Below, piece after piece: positions 1-11,559 of a DNA stretch of 64,000 bases (its first letter is position 1; every line of letters begins with the position of its first letter). A program made the position numbers and the translations under genes. The DNA is from an uncultured Opitutales bacterium (GTDB taxonomy: Bacteria; Myxococcota_A; UBA9160; SMWR01), in the NCBI GenBank assembly GCA_964194865.1, contig CAXMOC010000141.1:8370-72369 (forward strand), read 5' to 3'. A model generated the notes under the pieces. That model was not told where the DNA came from. It saw only the letters and a list, made by a program, of their open reading frames with translations, and did not search any database.

Positions 1-10
1 GACTGCCGCC

Positions 11-1369
11 ATGGCGATTTCCAATCCGTCCCACTGCATTGCCGTCATCGGGGGCGCCGTAGCCGGCGCCGAGGTCGCGGGCACACTGGCCAACGCAGGC
101 TGCGAGGTCGTCGTCTTCGAGCAGAACGACCGCCCCTACGGCAAGATCGAGGATGGCCTGCCGCGCTGGCACAAGGCGCTGCGCAACAAGGAGTACCGCG
201 CGATCGATGAGCGGCTATCCCAGTCCGGCGTCCACTTCGTTCCGCGGACGCGGATCGGCGAAGACCTCGCCTTCAGCGAGCTGGCCCAAGACTGGGGGTT
301 TACGGGGGTCGTCCTCGCCAACGGCGCGTGGCGCGACCGCGAGTTACCCGTCGAGGGCGCGGACGCCTACCTCGATCGTGGGTTGATCTACCAGAACCCC
401 TTCGTCATCTGGTTCAACCACATGAACGAAGCTGCTTACGACGGAGCCCGGTTCGTACCCTTGGACGGCGCGATCGTGGTCGGCGGCGGGCTCGCCTCCA
501 TCGACGTTGCCAAGATCCTGATGCTCGAGACTACGCGGTCGGCGTTGGCCGAGCGCGGGATCGAAGTCGAGATGATCGAGCTCGAGGTGAAGGGCATCCC
601 CAAAATTCTCCAGCGCCACGATCTGACCTTCGAAGATCTCGGGCTGGAGGGCTGCACAATTTTCTACCGGCGCCGCGAGGAAGACATGCCGCTGGTGGAG
701 ATTCCCGACGACGCTACACCCGAACGCGAAGCCAAGGTGCGCAACAGCCGAACCAAGCTGCTCGCGAAGGCGACCGAGAAGTACCGCTTCAAGATCGAGG
801 CACTGTGCATGCCCGATGGTCTGATCGTCGAAGGCGACCGGCTCGTTGGCCTACGCTTTCGCCGCACGCGCGCAGAAGGGGGCAAGCTGATTCCCACGGA
901 TGAAACCTTCGAAGCGCGCGGCCCCTACGTGATCAGCTCGATCGGGAGCATTCCGATGCCCATCGAGGGAATCGATACTCGCGGCGAGCTGTTTCGCTTC
1001 ATCGATTGGGACCTGGGCCGCCTCGAGGGGTATCCGACGGTGTTCTCTGCGGGAAACATCGTCACCGGCAAGGGGAACATCATCGCTTCGCGTAAGCACG
1101 CCAGGCACGTGACCGAAGCGATGGTCGAGTCTTTTCTCGGGCTGGGCGAAGGCGGCCACGCGGGCGAAGAGGGTTTGGCCGAGGCCTCGCGTGCGGACCG
1201 CACGCAGGCGGCGGCGGAGATCGCGTCGGCGATCATTGCGCAACCGCCGGTTCGCGGCGATGCGCTCGAAGCGGTTCGCACCCGCGTCGCCGAGCGCCAG
1301 CGCGCGGTCGGTTACGACAGCGACTACAAGAGCTGGATCGAGCGCGTCACCCCCGCCGACCTCGAGTAG
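11..1369 (+). CDS. FAD-dependent oxidoreductase, ferredoxin-NADP+ reductase/adrenodoxin reductase (FprA)-like
   Basis: N-terminal Rossmann IAVIGGAVAG...VVVFE, PYGKIEDG, second nucleotide motif VVGGGLASIDVAK, late FSAGN motif. Confidence 0.7.
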   Translation: MAISNPSHCIAVIGGAVAGAEVAGTLANAGCEVVVFEQNDRPYGKIEDGLPRWHKALRNKEYRAIDERLSQSGVHFVPRTRIGEDLAFSELAQDWGFTGVVLANGAWRDRELPVEGADAYLDRGLIYQNPFVIWFNHMNEAAYDGARFVPLDGAIVVGGGLASIDVAKILMLETTRSALAERGIEVEMIELEVKGIPKILQRHDLTFEDLGLEGCTIFYRRREEDMPLVEIPDDATPEREAKVRNSRTKLLAKATEKYRFKIEALCMPDGLIVEGDRLVGLRFRRTRAEGGKLIPTDETFEARGPYVISSIGSIPMPIEGIDTRGELFRFIDWDLGRLEGYPTVFSAGNIVTGKGNIIASRKHARHVTEAMVESFLGLGEGGHAGEEGLAEASRADRTQAAAEIASAIIAQPPVRGDALEAVRTRVAERQRAVGYDSDYKSWIERVTPADLE

Positions 1370-1382
1370 CTGCGGGCGCCAC

Positions 1383-3281
1383 CTACTCTTCGTCCTCCAT
1401 GAAGGCTCGGAGCACGCGGCTGCGGCTGGGGTGGCGCAGCTTGCGCAGCGCCTTCGCCTCGATCTGTCGAATTCGCTCGCGGGTGACCGCGAAGTCGTGA
1501 CCCACTTCTTCGAGCGTGTGGTTGGTCTTCTCGCCAATACCGAAGCGCATCTTCAAGACTTGCTCTTCGCGGGGGCCCAGGGTGGCCAACACCCTGCGGG
1601 TGCTCTCCGCCAGGTTGCTGTTCAGAATCGCCTCATGCGGACTCATCGCATTCTTGTCCTCGATGAAGTCGCCCAGGTGGCTGGCGTCTTCTTCACCCAC
1701 GGGCGCCTCGAGGCTGACGGGCTCTTTGGCGATCTTCAACACCATCCTGATCTTCTCAACCGGAAGCTCCATCTCCACGCCGAGTTCTTCGGGGGTGGGC
1801 TCACGGCCGAGCATCTGGACCAGGTGCCGGGTGGTCCGAACCAGCTTGTTGATCGTCTCGATCATGTGAACGGGGATGCGAATCGTTCGGGCCTGATCCG
1901 CAATGGCGCGCGTGATCGCCTGCCGAATCCACCAGGTGGCGTAGGTCGAGAACTTGTAGCCGCGTTGGTACTCGAACTTGTCCACCGCCTTCATCAGGCC
2001 GATGTTGCCCTCCTGAATCAGATCCAGGAACTGCAGCCCCCGGTTCGAATACTTCTTCGCGATCGACACCACCAGCCGCAGATTCGCCTCGACCAGCTCG
2101 CTCTTGGCCTGCTGGGCGCGCTCCGTGGCAGCTGCGAGCTTGTCGAGAGCGGTGCGGATCTCGAGGCGCGACATGCGCGTTTCGCTCTCGATGCGTTTGA
2201 TCGATTTGTCGATCTCGGTGAGCTTCGCCAACACCTCGGCAACCGTGGCGGGGTCACCGCCGAGCTGCTCGAGCGCGGCGCGTCCACGGTTGCTGCGACG
2301 CGTGGAGAGCGTCGCCAGCTCCTGAAACTGCTCGGGCGAAACCGAAAAGGCCTTGGTGAGCTTGCGCGCTTCGGATCGAGCCCGCCAGATCGTGGGGCCG
2401 TATTCCTTGAACGCGACAATTACCGCTTCCCCACAGGCCTTCGAGAAGCGGGTGTCGCGGAGGTGCTCGGCCATTCGTACGTACAGGCCGTCGATCTCTT
2501 CGTGAAGGCGCTTGCGGGCTGATTCGCTGGTGCGGGTGTTGGCGATCGCCGGCAGCTTCTTGGCGGCCTGTGCTTCGAGGCGGCGAATGCGGTTCATCTT
2601 GAGGAAAAGGTCCTTGCGCCGCTCTTCGGGGGGGACGACAGGCTCCGTAGCATCGATGCCGTCGACCACCCGCTTGAGACTGATCTCGTTTCGCTTGAGC
2701 TTCTCCCCAATCTCAAGGATGGCTCGTGAACCGTACGGCGTAGCGATCACCGCGAGCGTACGGTCGTAGAGGCCCGCCTCGATGCGCTTGGCGATCTCCA
2801 CCTCACCCTCCCGGGTGAGCAACGAAACCTGACCCATCTCTCGGAGATAAACCCGGACCGGATCGTTGCTGCCCGAGTCATCGTCGGCACTTCGATTGGT
2901 GCTGGTCGGGCGCGTGCGGCCGGGCTCGAGTGCCCCGGCGGCTACCACCGCCACACCCTCCTCGCCGAAGATCGCTTTGATCGCCTCGATCCGACCCGCC
3001 TCGAGGGTTTCGGCGCCGAGGGCGTCGGCGACCTCTTCGACCGTCAAGAAGCCTTGGCGCCGTCCCTGGGCGAGGAGCTTGCTGAGAAGCTCGCGCGTGA
3101 GCTCTCGACCGCGGGCGTGGGCACCGGAGCTGCTCGCGGAGGGGTCTTCCCCTGCGGCTACGGCGCTGGAGGGGTTGGTCCGTGTGACGGCTTCTTGCCC
3201 TGCGACCGAGGCGCTGGTCTTCTTATGGCGGCGCTGTCGGGCGCCGGGCGCTTCGCTGCTACCAGAAACATTCGGGGCCAT
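1383..3281 (-). CDS. rpoD: RNA polymerase primary sigma factor sigma70
   Basis: Region 1.2 [11 protein letters not shown], region 2 [12 protein letters not shown]...[17 protein letters not shown]...[13 protein letters not shown], region 4 [25 protein letters not shown] before ATG; follows dnaG. Confidence 0.98.
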   Translation of the reverse strand: MAPNVSGSSEAPGARQRRHKKTSASVAGQEAVTRTNPSSAVAAGEDPSASSSGAHARGRELTRELLSKLLAQGRRQGFLTVEEVADALGAETLEAGRIEAIKAIFGEEGVAVVAAGALEPGRTRPTSTNRSADDDSGSNDPVRVYLREMGQVSLLTREGEVEIAKRIEAGLYDRTLAVIATPYGSRAILEIGEKLKRNEISLKRVVDGIDATEPVVPPEERRKDLFLKMNRIRRLEAQAAKKLPAIANTRTSESARKRLHEEIDGLYVRMAEHLRDTRFSKACGEAVIVAFKEYGPTIWRARSEARKLTKAFSVSPEQFQELATLSTRRSNRGRAALEQLGGDPATVAEVLAKLTEIDKSIKRIESETRMSRLEIRTALDKLAAATERAQQAKSELVEANLRLVVSIAKKYSNRGLQFLDLIQEGNIGLMKAVDKFEYQRGYKFSTYATWWIRQAITRAIADQARTIRIPVHMIETINKLVRTTRHLVQMLGREPTPEELGVEMELPVEKIRMVLKIAKEPVSLEAPVGEEDASHLGDFIEDKNAMSPHEAILNSNLAESTRRVLATLGPREEQVLKMRFGIGEKTNHTLEEVGHDFAVTRERIRQIEAKALRKLRHPSRSRVLRAFMEDEE

Positions 3282-3321
3282 GGGGGGGCTCCTCGATTCG
3301 GATTGGCCTCGGCCTACCGGG

Positions 3322-5082
3322 TCACGTTGGATGTCCTATTCGGGGGTGGTTTGGAACCGACGGCTGCTCGCGCAAACGCCGCTTCGCCTCGAGCACGGAC
3401 CGCCAATCGTCGCCGGCCTCTCGCAGCTGCTGGGTCAGCTCTCGTTCCTGCTGGACGCGCTGCCGCTTTCGAAGCCACGCCAGGCTGTCGTCGAGCACGC
3501 GCGCCGCAGTGCTGGCGTCGAGCTCCAGCTCGCTGGCGGATAGCTCGCGCAAGAGCCTACTGGCCTCTTCTCCCAGCGTTTCGCAGAGCTGCTCGACATC
3601 GACGCTGTCGCGGTCCGGCACGGCGAAGAGAGCGCGGGCGATCTCCGCCGTCGAGCCGCCCGGCAGCAGGCAGAGCAGCTCGTCGCGCGACACCTCTCTT
3701 GCGAGCGCAGGGAACTCGACCAAGCTGCGCACCAGCTGTGCCGCAATCCGATCTTCCGGGCCCCGCTTGCGGGGCTTCACGGGGACGGCGTCGCGCGGAT
3801 CCTGGCCGCGACGCTGGGCTCGTACTGCAGCTTCGACGTGCCTGGGCTCCGCTCCGACGGCCAGCGCCAGCTGTTGTGTGAACCCGCCCAGCTCCACGGC
3901 GCCAGGCACCAGAGCCAGCAGCGGCACGACTTCAGCCACGGCATCGGCCGTCTTCCAAGCGGTGTCGTGGCCCCGAGCAGCAGCCCGCGCGATCACGCAC
4001 TCCAACGCGGGCGGGGCCGAGCCCACCAGTTTCTGCAGAGCAGCCGCACCCTCGCGGATGAGGTAGCTGTCCGGGTCGTCACCCGCCGGAAGCTCGGCTG
4101 CACGAACCCGCAGCCCTTCGGGCAAGAGGATCTCGAGCGCTTTCTCCATTGCGCGGTGGCCAGCCTGGTCGCCGTCGAATAGCAACACCACCTCACGTGT
4201 GCGACGTCGCAGATCGCGCACGTGGTCCGCGGTAAGGGCGGTGCCGCAAGTCGCCACCGTGGCTCCCACTCCGGCCTGGTCCAACGCGATGCGATCGAAG
4301 TAGCCCTCGACGACGACTGCCCGCTCGGCGGTTCGAATCGGCCCCAACGCGTCGGGATAGCCGTAGAGCGCCTCCCGCTTGCGAAAGATGCGACTCTCCG
4401 GCGTGTTGAGGTACTTGGCGTCCTGGTCGTCCGCGATGGCGCGGCCGCCGAAGCCGATCACGCGACCGCGAACGTCGCAAATCGGAAAAGTGACGCGATT
4501 GCGGAAGCGATCGTAGTGTCCACCGGATCGCCGTTCGGCGAGCAGCCCCGCCTCCGCGCCCTGCTCACCCGAGATCCCGGCCGCCGCCAGCGCCGCCACC
4601 ACCGCATCCCAGCGATCTGGCGCGTAGCCGAGCTGGAATTTCTCGATCGTCGCAGCGTCCAGACCGCGCTCTTCCAGGTAGCTGAGCCCCGGATTACCAG
4701 GGGCCGCCAGCGCCTTGCGATACTCGGCTTGGGCAACCTCGTTGGCCCGGTAGAGCGGCTCGGACCGGTCGGTTCCGCCACCACCGGATTCGGGCACCTC
4801 GACCCCACACTCCCGGGCCAGCGCGCGCACGGCCTCCGGGAAGGTGAGGTTCTCCACGTGCATCAGGAAGCTGAAGACGTTGCCACCTTCCTGACACCCA
4901 AAGCAGTAGAAGCTCTGGCGCTCGGAGTTGACGTTGAACGAAGGGGTTTTCTCGGTGTGAAACGGACACAGGCCCAGGTGGTTGCGCCCGGACTTCTTCA
5001 GTGTGATGTGGCGGCCAACGAAATCGACGATGTCGATGCGATCTCGGACTTCTTCGATGATCTCGTCGGCAATCCGACCCAA
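3322..5082 (-). CDS. dnaG: DNA primase
   Basis: CHC2 zinc finger CPFH...CFGC, KYLNTPE, Toprim VVEGYFD and FDGDQAG; TTG start. Confidence 0.97.
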   Translation of the reverse strand: MGRIADEIIEEVRDRIDIVDFVGRHITLKKSGRNHLGLCPFHTEKTPSFNVNSERQSFYCFGCQEGGNVFSFLMHVENLTFPEAVRALARECGVEVPESGGGGTDRSEPLYRANEVAQAEYRKALAAPGNPGLSYLEERGLDAATIEKFQLGYAPDRWDAVVAALAAAGISGEQGAEAGLLAERRSGGHYDRFRNRVTFPICDVRGRVIGFGGRAIADDQDAKYLNTPESRIFRKREALYGYPDALGPIRTAERAVVVEGYFDRIALDQAGVGATVATCGTALTADHVRDLRRRTREVVLLFDGDQAGHRAMEKALEILLPEGLRVRAAELPAGDDPDSYLIREGAAALQKLVGSAPPALECVIARAAARGHDTAWKTADAVAEVVPLLALVPGAVELGGFTQQLALAVGAEPRHVEAAVRAQRRGQDPRDAVPVKPRKRGPEDRIAAQLVRSLVEFPALAREVSRDELLCLLPGGSTAEIARALFAVPDRDSVDVEQLCETLGEEASRLLRELSASELELDASTAARVLDDSLAWLRKRQRVQQERELTQQLREAGDDWRSVLEAKRRLREQPSVPNHPRIGHPT

Positions 5083-5096
5083 AAGCCGCCTCTGCT

Positions 5097-5294
5097 TCAG
5101 CGCGCCATACGTCTGATCTTCTTCAGGGCGCGTTTGCGAGCCGCCGCCGCCTTCTTTTTCTTGCGGACGCTCGGCTTGTCGTAGTACTCGCGTCGCTTCA
5201 GCTCACTCAAGATCCCAGCCTTCTCGCACTGCTTCTTGAAGCGCTTCATGGCGACTTCGAAAGGCTCGTTGTCTCGGACCTTGATCACGGGCAT
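5097..5294 (-). CDS. rpsU: 30S ribosomal protein S21
   Basis: [31 protein letters not shown]; canonical rpsU-dnaG-rpoD order. Confidence 0.97.
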   Translation of the reverse strand: MPVIKVRDNEPFEVAMKRFKKQCEKAGILSELKRREYYDKPSVRKKKKAAAARKRALKKIRRMAR

Positions 5295-5441
5295 GGCTAG
5301 CTAGCTCTCCGGCTACGCGCGTGCCGCGGTGTTGTCGCGGTCCGCAGTTGGGGTGGTCGCAAACTGCTCTGTGTGTCGAAACTCATGTGAGAACGGCGCT
5401 CCCCGAACGGCTTGATGCTCCCCAGATTCGGCAAAAACTGT

Positions 5442-5460
5442 TGAAACTCAGCTAGTTTCA
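5442..5460. promoter_or_regulatory. Palindrome TGAAACT-N5-AGTTTCA in the rpsU leader (operator or RNA hairpin)
   Basis: Perfect 7-bp arms just downstream of the predicted rpsU promoter. Confidence 0.4.
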
Positions 5461-5481
5461 CCGGTAGCCGCCGCGGACGGC

Positions 5482-5510
5482 AAATTAGCGCAGGCCCCAT
5501 TTGGCATCAA
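5482..5510 (-). promoter_or_regulatory. Predicted sigma70 promoter of rpsU-dnaG-rpoD
   Basis: TTGATG-N17-TAATTT on the minus strand. Confidence 0.6.
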
Positions 5511-6295
5511 CCAGCGCCCCCGGAAGGAGGCCGGATGGGGGTTCCCAGCTCCAGGAGTCGGCGTTTCACCTCAGGCACGGTGGTCTGGTGGAAGTGGAAG
5601 ATGGAGGCCGCCAGGGCGGCCTGGCAGTGCCCCCCTTCGGGCCCGTCATCCAGCGCCCGGGCCAGATCCTCGGCGCTGCCGCCTCCTCCCGAGGCGATTA
5701 CCGGGATGGAAACCGCATCGGCTACGGCGCGCAGCATCGCCAGGTCGTAGCCGCTCTGGGTGCCGTCGCGATCCATGCTGGTGAGCAGAATCTCCCCAGC
5801 CCCCTTTTCCGCCATCCGGGCCGCCCAATCGACGGTGTCGATTCCGGTCGGGCGCCGCCCTCCGTGGGTGCAGACCTCCCAGCCCCCACCCTCCCGAGCC
5901 CTGGCGTCGATCGCGACCACCAGATTGGCGCTGCCGATCTTGACCGCCGCATCGGCCACCAGCTCGGGGTTCTCGACGGCCGCCGTCATGATCGAGACCT
6001 TGTCGGCTCCAGCATTGAGCAGATCGCGGATGTCGTCGACCGAGCGCACGCCGCCTCCGACGGTCAGTGGCATGAAGATGGTCTCGGCGGTCCGAGTCAC
6101 CACATCGAGCAAGATGCCGCGCCCCTCGTGGCTGGCCGTGATGTCGAGAAAAGTGATCTCATCCGCCTCCTGAGCGTCGTAGAGCTGGGCGACCTCCACC
6201 GGATCGCCGGCATCGACGTGATCGACGTACTTCACACCTTTGACGACACGGCCTTTGTCGACGTCCAGGCAGGGAATGATCCGCTTCAGCAGCAC
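5507..6295 (-). CDS. hisF: Imidazole glycerol phosphate synthase cyclase subunit
   Basis: KRIIPCLDV...[33 protein letters not shown]. Confidence 0.97.
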   Translation of the reverse strand: MLLKRIIPCLDVDKGRVVKGVKYVDHVDAGDPVEVAQLYDAQEADEITFLDITASHEGRGILLDVVTRTAETIFMPLTVGGGVRSVDDIRDLLNAGADKVSIMTAAVENPELVADAAVKIGSANLVVAIDARAREGGGWEVCTHGGRRPTGIDTVDWAARMAEKGAGEILLTSMDRDGTQSGYDLAMLRAVADAVSIPVIASGGGGSAEDLARALDDGPEGGHCQAALAASIFHFHQTTVPEVKRRLLELGTPIRPPSGGAG

Positions 6296-7035
6296 GAGAG
6301 TGTCTCGAGGACTCGGCCGATATCGACGGCGCCCGTATACACGGCCGTCCCGACGATGGCACCCGCGATGGCTCCACCAGAGTAGGTTGCGGCCCGTCGA
6401 ACATCTTCTTCGGAGCTGATGCCGCCCGAGGCGATCACGGGCAACTCCACCGCCTGGGCGAGCCGCGCCGTCGCCTCGAGATTCGGGCCCGCGAGCATTC
6501 CATCACGCGCGATGTCGGTGTAGATGATGGCCGCTACGCCGGCATCCTGGAAGCGGCTGGCGAGATCGGCGGCGCTGGTCTCGCTCTCGTCGAGCCAACC
6601 TTCGACCGCCACCCGCCCATCTCGGGCGTCGATGCCGACGGCAATGCGGGCTGGGAATCGACGCGCGGCGTCGCGGACCAGCTCTGGGTCGCGCAGCGCC
6701 ACGGTTCCCAAAATGGCGCGGTCCACTCCGGCGGCCAACACCTCTTCGATCGCAGCGATGGTCCGCAACCCGCCGCCCAGCTCCACGGGTACCGCGCCCG
6801 CCCCTTCGACGATCCCGCGAATCGTTTTCGTGTTGCGGCGACGTCCATCCCGGGCGCCGTCCAGATCGACGACGTGCAGACGTTGGATCGGATGTTTGGT
6901 GAAGCGCGCCACGACCGCGACGGGGTCGTCATCAAAGACCGTGGCCCGGTCGTAACGCCCCTGTGTGAGCTGCACGCAGCGCCCATCGAGCACATCGATG
7001 GCGGGTATGAACTCAAACTTCGTCACGATGGGCAC
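6286..7035 (-). CDS. hisA: Phosphoribosylformimino-AICAR isomerase
   Basis: [36 protein letters not shown]. Confidence 0.96.
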   Translation of the reverse strand: MPIVTKFEFIPAIDVLDGRCVQLTQGRYDRATVFDDDPVAVVARFTKHPIQRLHVVDLDGARDGRRRNTKTIRGIVEGAGAVPVELGGGLRTIAAIEEVLAAGVDRAILGTVALRDPELVRDAARRFPARIAVGIDARDGRVAVEGWLDESETSAADLASRFQDAGVAAIIYTDIARDGMLAGPNLEATARLAQAVELPVIASGGISSEEDVRRAATYSGGAIAGAIVGTAVYTGAVDIGRVLETLSCC

Positions 7036-7037
7036 TT

Positions 7038-7682
7038 CTAACGGGAGAGAGGCAAGCTAGCCGCGGCAGAGTCGGCACCCCATTTGGCTAGCTCGGCGGC
7101 CGTCAGCCAGCGTGTGCCCCCGCCGGGGTAACGCGGCGCGTTGAACACGTTCTCGGAGAGTGCTCTCTGGGTCTCGTCGAACTTCGAGGTCCACACCCGG
7201 CGGGGCGTGGGCGCGGTGTAGATCGAAATTTCAAAAGCCACGCTGGCCGCTCGAGAAGAGCCGTACTTCTCGCCCCCACGTTCCCGGTAACGCGACACCT
7301 GGCCCAGCATGACCGCCGTGGCTCCAAATTTGTGCGCTGCGAGCTCGGCGGCCGCTCTGGGATCCAGGCGCGGGGCGGGTATCCCCTGACCCACAAAGGC
7401 GATCTCCAGATCGCTCGGCGCTACGACCCGAATGCCGCGTCGGGCCAGGGCTTCCGTCATAAAGCGAGCGACCAATTCGGCGGCGGCAGCCGGCGAAACT
7501 CCCTCCGAGGAGTACTTCGCCAGCGTCTCCTTGGGGTAGAAGGGCACGACTGCGACCTTGTCGAGTGTACCCGGAGGAATACGCATGGTCGTGTTCTGGA
7601 CGACTGGCGCCGGTCTGACGGCATCACAGCCGAGCAGTCCGAACGCCACAATCAGGCCGACACAGCTCGAGCTTTTCAACAT
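7038..7682 (-). CDS. Putative lipoprotein, possibly LpoB/CsgG/GNA1162-like fold
   Basis: ATG at 7682 overlaps the hisH end; signal MLKSSSCVGLIVAFGLLG-C with lipobox; KVAVVPF...AVMLGQVSRYRER...VWTS pattern. Confidence 0.65.
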   Translation of the reverse strand: MLKSSSCVGLIVAFGLLGCDAVRPAPVVQNTTMRIPPGTLDKVAVVPFYPKETLAKYSSEGVSPAAAAELVARFMTEALARRGIRVVAPSDLEIAFVGQGIPAPRLDPRAAAELAAHKFGATAVMLGQVSRYRERGGEKYGSSRAASVAFEISIYTAPTPRRVWTSKFDETQRALSENVFNAPRYPGGGTRWLTAAELAKWGADSAAASLPLSR

Positions 7683-8317
7683 TCGTCGATCCAATACGCG
7701 AAAGCGTCTAGCAAGCGATGGCCGGCGGCCTGACTCTTCTCGGGGTGAAACTGCACTGCGAACATGTCCTCTCGACCCACCGCCGCCGCAAACTCGCCCC
7801 CATAGTCGGTTCGGCCCAGGACGTCGGCCGAACGGCCGGGCACAGCGCGGTAGGAGTGGACGAAGTAAAAGCAGTCCTCGGCGGGAAGCTTGGAGAGCAT
7901 GGGGTGCTCGCCGCTGAATTTCACGGCATTCCAACCAATGTGCGGCACCCGCAGGCGAACCCCGTCGTCTCCCTGGGCGTCGAAGCGTTCCACGCGCCCC
8001 GGAAGAACCGAGAGGCCGCGCGTTATGCCGTGCTCATCACCCTCTTCGAACAGCACCTGGAGCCCCAAGCAAAGGCCGAGGTAAGGGCGCCGGGCCGTCA
8101 GCGTGTCGCAGACGGCGTCCGCCAGCCCCGATGACTTCAAGCTCGATATCGCGTCGGCGAAGGCACCCACCCCTGGCAGCACGACGGCATCTGCCCCCCG
8201 CACGGCGGACGGGTCCGGGGTGATGAAGGGCGCCAAGCCAGACCGTTCCAGCGCCTTGGAGACACTACGGAGGTTTCCCGACCCGTAGTCGATGACGGCG
8301 ATTCGGGGGGAGGACAT
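7676..8317 (-). CDS. hisH: Imidazole glycerol phosphate synthase glutaminase subunit
   Basis: IDYGSGNLRSV, LPGVGAF, GLCLGLQ, PHIGWN, QFHPEKS. Confidence 0.97.
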   Translation of the reverse strand: MSSPRIAVIDYGSGNLRSVSKALERSGLAPFITPDPSAVRGADAVVLPGVGAFADAISSLKSSGLADAVCDTLTARRPYLGLCLGLQVLFEEGDEHGITRGLSVLPGRVERFDAQGDDGVRLRVPHIGWNAVKFSGEHPMLSKLPAEDCFYFVHSYRAVPGRSADVLGRTDYGGEFAAAVGREDMFAVQFHPEKSQAAGHRLLDAFAYWIDEC

Positions 8318-8327
8318 GACTGTGGGA

Positions 8328-8927
8328 TTACAGCGCGCCTTTCACAGTAGGCAAGCCCTGCATCCGCGGATCGCGCTCCACTGCCGCACGTAGCGCCCGG
8401 GCAAGCCCCTTGAAGACCGCCTCGACCACGTGATGTGGGTTCTTCCCGTAGCGAAGCTCTACGTGCAGGTCGATGCCGGAATTCTGCGAGAAGGCGTAGA
8501 GGAAGTCCTCAGTGAGTGAGGCGTCGAAGTTGCCGATGCGCGTGTTGGCCAGATCGACGCGGTAAACGAGATAGGGCCTGTTCGAGACGTCGAGGGCCAC
8601 CTCCACCTTCGATTCCGCCATCGGCAACACGATCGCCCCATAGCGGCGAATTCCCGCCGCCGAGCCGAGCGCCTCCCGCAGCGCCTGCCCCAGCGTGATC
8701 CCCACATCTTCGACGGTGTGATGCGTATCGACTTCGAGGTCGCCCTTGGCCGCAATGCGCAGATCGAAGGAGCCATGGCGCGCGAAGGATTCGAGCATGT
8801 GGTCGAAGAACGGGACCCCCGTCTGGATCTCGTACTCCCCCTTCCCGTCTAGATCGAGCTGGACGTTGATCTCGGTTTCCTTGGTCTTGCGCTCCACCGA
8901 GGCGGAACGCGCCTGCGCGTCGCTCAT
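8328..8927 (-). CDS. hisB: Imidazoleglycerol-phosphate dehydratase (monofunctional)
   Basis: RKTKETEI, FFDHML, DTHHTVED, NPHHVVEAVFK. Confidence 0.97.
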   Translation of the reverse strand: MSDAQARSASVERKTKETEINVQLDLDGKGEYEIQTGVPFFDHMLESFARHGSFDLRIAAKGDLEVDTHHTVEDVGITLGQALREALGSAAGIRRYGAIVLPMAESKVEVALDVSNRPYLVYRVDLANTRIGNFDASLTEDFLYAFSQNSGIDLHVELRYGKNPHHVVEAVFKGLARALRAAVERDPRMQGLPTVKGAL

Positions 8928-10303
8928 GCTTCGATCTCCGCGTCGCGCGCTGCCTCGCGCTCACGCCGGGCTCGTCGGATCTTCTGCAACCGCAGGTCCA
9001 CGGACGTCGCATGGCCGCCGAGACCCTCCAACGCGGAGAGTCGAATCGCGTCCGCTCCCAGCTCGCGAAGCTTCGGAGGCTCGAAGCGCGTGACGCTCAT
9101 GCGCGTGAGGAAGTCGTCCACTCCTAATGGGGAGAAGAAGCGGGCCGTTCCTCCGGTGGGCAACACGTGGTTGGGCCCGGCAATGTAGTCACCTACCGCC
9201 ACAGGTGTGTAGTGGCCGAGGAAGAGCGCACCGGCGTTCTTCACCTGCTTGGAGAGGCCATCTGCATCGTCGACCGCGAGCACCAGGTGCTCGGGCGCGT
9301 AGCGATTCGCCAGGTCGATACACTCGTTGAGGTCCTTCGCCTGAATGATGGCGCTGCACTGGGCGAGTGATTTCTTGGCGATCTTGGCACGCTCAAGCGT
9401 CTTGAGCTGCTTGCTGATCTGATCCTGCACCCGGGTAGCAATCGACTTGGCGGTCGTGATCAGCACGGCGCTCGCCAGCTCGTCGTGCTCCGCCTGGGAG
9501 ATCATGTCGGCGGCGAGCCACGCGGGTGTCGCGCTGCGATCGGCGATCAACAGAACTTCGCTGGGTCCGGCTTCGCTGTCGATCCCCACGTCTCCGAACA
9601 CCATCCGCTTGGCGGTCGCCACGTACAGGTTGCCCGGCCCGACAATCTTGTCGACGCGGGGGATAGTCTCCGTCCCGTAGGCCATCGCCGCGATGGCGTG
9701 GGCTCCCCCCATCTTGAAGATGCGATGAACCCCGGCGACTTTGGCCGCGATCAAGACCTCTGGCCGCAAGCTGCCGTCGGGCTGCGCCGGAGTGGCCATG
9801 ATGATCTCCGGCACCTCGACTACCGAGGCCGGGACGGCATTCATGATCACGGTCGAGGGGTAGATGGCCTTGCCCCCAGGCACGTAGATACCCACCCGCT
9901 CGAGCGGGCGCACGCGATGGCCGAAGGTTCCGCCACCCTCCTCGCGAAACTCCCAGCTGGATGGAATGCGCTTGCGGTGGAAGTCGCGCACGCGCATGGC
10001 GGCCTTGCCCAGGGCCGCGCGATCGGCCCCGTCTATTGCCTCGGCGCCGGCTTCCCATTCTTCGTTTCCAACTTCGAGGTCTTCGACGCTTTCGAGCTTG
10101 GTCTTGTCGAATTTCCGCACGCAGGCCAGGAGCTCTTCGTCCCCGCCTTCTCTCACACGATCGACGATCTTTCGAACCGTCTTCTCGACGTTCTCCCCGT
10201 CGACTTGGCGACGATCGCTCAAACGCGCAAACGCGCGCTCGAAATCCGCGGCATCGGTGCGCAAGATCGGAACGATGCCCTTCGCAGTGGATCGACTCGC
10301 CAT
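8924..10303 (-). CDS. hisD: Histidinol dehydrogenase
   Basis: GIYVPGG, DKIVGPGN, AGPSE, QAEHD, APEHL, GPNHVLPT. Confidence 0.97.
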   Translation of the reverse strand: MASRSTAKGIVPILRTDAADFERAFARLSDRRQVDGENVEKTVRKIVDRVREGGDEELLACVRKFDKTKLESVEDLEVGNEEWEAGAEAIDGADRAALGKAAMRVRDFHRKRIPSSWEFREEGGGTFGHRVRPLERVGIYVPGGKAIYPSTVIMNAVPASVVEVPEIIMATPAQPDGSLRPEVLIAAKVAGVHRIFKMGGAHAIAAMAYGTETIPRVDKIVGPGNLYVATAKRMVFGDVGIDSEAGPSEVLLIADRSATPAWLAADMISQAEHDELASAVLITTAKSIATRVQDQISKQLKTLERAKIAKKSLAQCSAIIQAKDLNECIDLANRYAPEHLVLAVDDADGLSKQVKNAGALFLGHYTPVAVGDYIAGPNHVLPTGGTARFFSPLGVDDFLTRMSVTRFEPPKLRELGADAIRLSALEGLGGHATSVDLRLQKIRRARREREAARDAEIEA

Positions 10304-10305
10304 GG

Positions 10306-11559
10306 TCAGCTCTCCCGCCGAATGTCGGCGCCGAGACCGCGGAGTTTCTCCTCGATGCGTTCGTAGCCGCGGTCGATGTGATAGACGCGATTCACCACCG
10401 TGTCACCTCTAGCCGCCAGGGCAGCCACGATGAGCCCGGCCGATGCCCGTAGATCCGTTGCCATCACGGGAGCTCCCATCAGGCGCGGGACACCCCGAAT
10501 GTGGGCGGATCGACCCGAAAGAGAAATGTCGGCCCCCATCCGCTGGAGCTCCGATACGTGCATGAAGCGGTTCTCGAAGACCCGCTCGATCACGGTACTT
10601 TCACCCATCGCCAGCGTCAGGACCGCCATCAGCTGGGCCTGCATGTCTGTGGGATAACCCGGAAACGGGGCCGTGACGACCCTCACCGCCTGCAGCGCGC
10701 AGGTCGATCGCGCCCGGATGCCGCTGGCGTCCACTTCGATCTCCGCCCCCGCCTCCCGGAACATGGCCAGTGTGGACTCGAGCAACGCGGGCTCGACGCC
10801 CGTCACCCGAACGTCGCCGCCGGTGATCATCCCGGCAGCGAGCAGGGTACCGGCCTCGATCCGATCTCCCGCAACCGGGTGTTCGATTCCAGCCAGCGAC
10901 TCGACCCCTTGAATCACGATTCGCTCGGTACCCGCTCCGAAGACCTCGGCCCCCATTGCATTGAGCACCTCGGCGAGCTCCACGACTTCTGGTTCGCGGG
11001 CAGCGTTTTCGATCACCGTCTCTCCGCGCGCCAGACTCGCCGCCATCATCACGTTCTGTGTGCCGTTGACGGTTACGAAGTCGAAGGCCACCCGGCCGCC
11101 GCGCAGGCCCGCCGTCGCGGCCTCCACATAGCCGTGGTCCAGGCGGATCTTCCCGCCCAGGGCTTCCAACCCCTTGAGATGTTGATCGACGGGGCGCACA
11201 CCGATCGCGCAGCCGCCCGGCTCGGAGACGCGAGCTGTGCCGAAGCGGGCGAGCAGGGGGCCCAGCACCAGGAACGAGGCGCGCATCTTGCGAACGAGGT
11301 CGTAGGGCGCTTGCTGGTGATGGACGCCGCTCGCGTCGATACGCAGGGTGTGCGCGTCGGTCCAGCCGGCGTCGGCACCCAGCGCCCGCAGGATCTCGAT
11401 CATCGTGTCGACGTCGCGGAGCCGCGGAGCATTGCGCAGTGTCACGGTGCCGTCGGGCAGCAAGGCGGCCGCCATCAAGGCGAGGGTCGAGTTCTTCGAC
11501 CCCGACACCGCGACGTCACCGGCGAGTCGCGCTTCTCCGCGCACTACGATTCGATCCAT
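10306..11559 (-). CDS. murA: UDP-N-acetylglucosamine 1-carboxyvinyltransferase
   Basis: [32 protein letters not shown] (catalytic Cys present), PTDMQAQ, HIDRGYE. Confidence 0.98.
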   Translation of the reverse strand: MDRIVVRGEARLAGDVAVSGSKNSTLALMAAALLPDGTVTLRNAPRLRDVDTMIEILRALGADAGWTDAHTLRIDASGVHHQQAPYDLVRKMRASFLVLGPLLARFGTARVSEPGGCAIGVRPVDQHLKGLEALGGKIRLDHGYVEAATAGLRGGRVAFDFVTVNGTQNVMMAASLARGETVIENAAREPEVVELAEVLNAMGAEVFGAGTERIVIQGVESLAGIEHPVAGDRIEAGTLLAAGMITGGDVRVTGVEPALLESTLAMFREAGAEIEVDASGIRARSTCALQAVRVVTAPFPGYPTDMQAQLMAVLTLAMGESTVIERVFENRFMHVSELQRMGADISLSGRSAHIRGVPRLMGAPVMATDLRASAGLIVAALAARGDTVVNRVYHIDRGYERIEEKLRGLGADIRRES

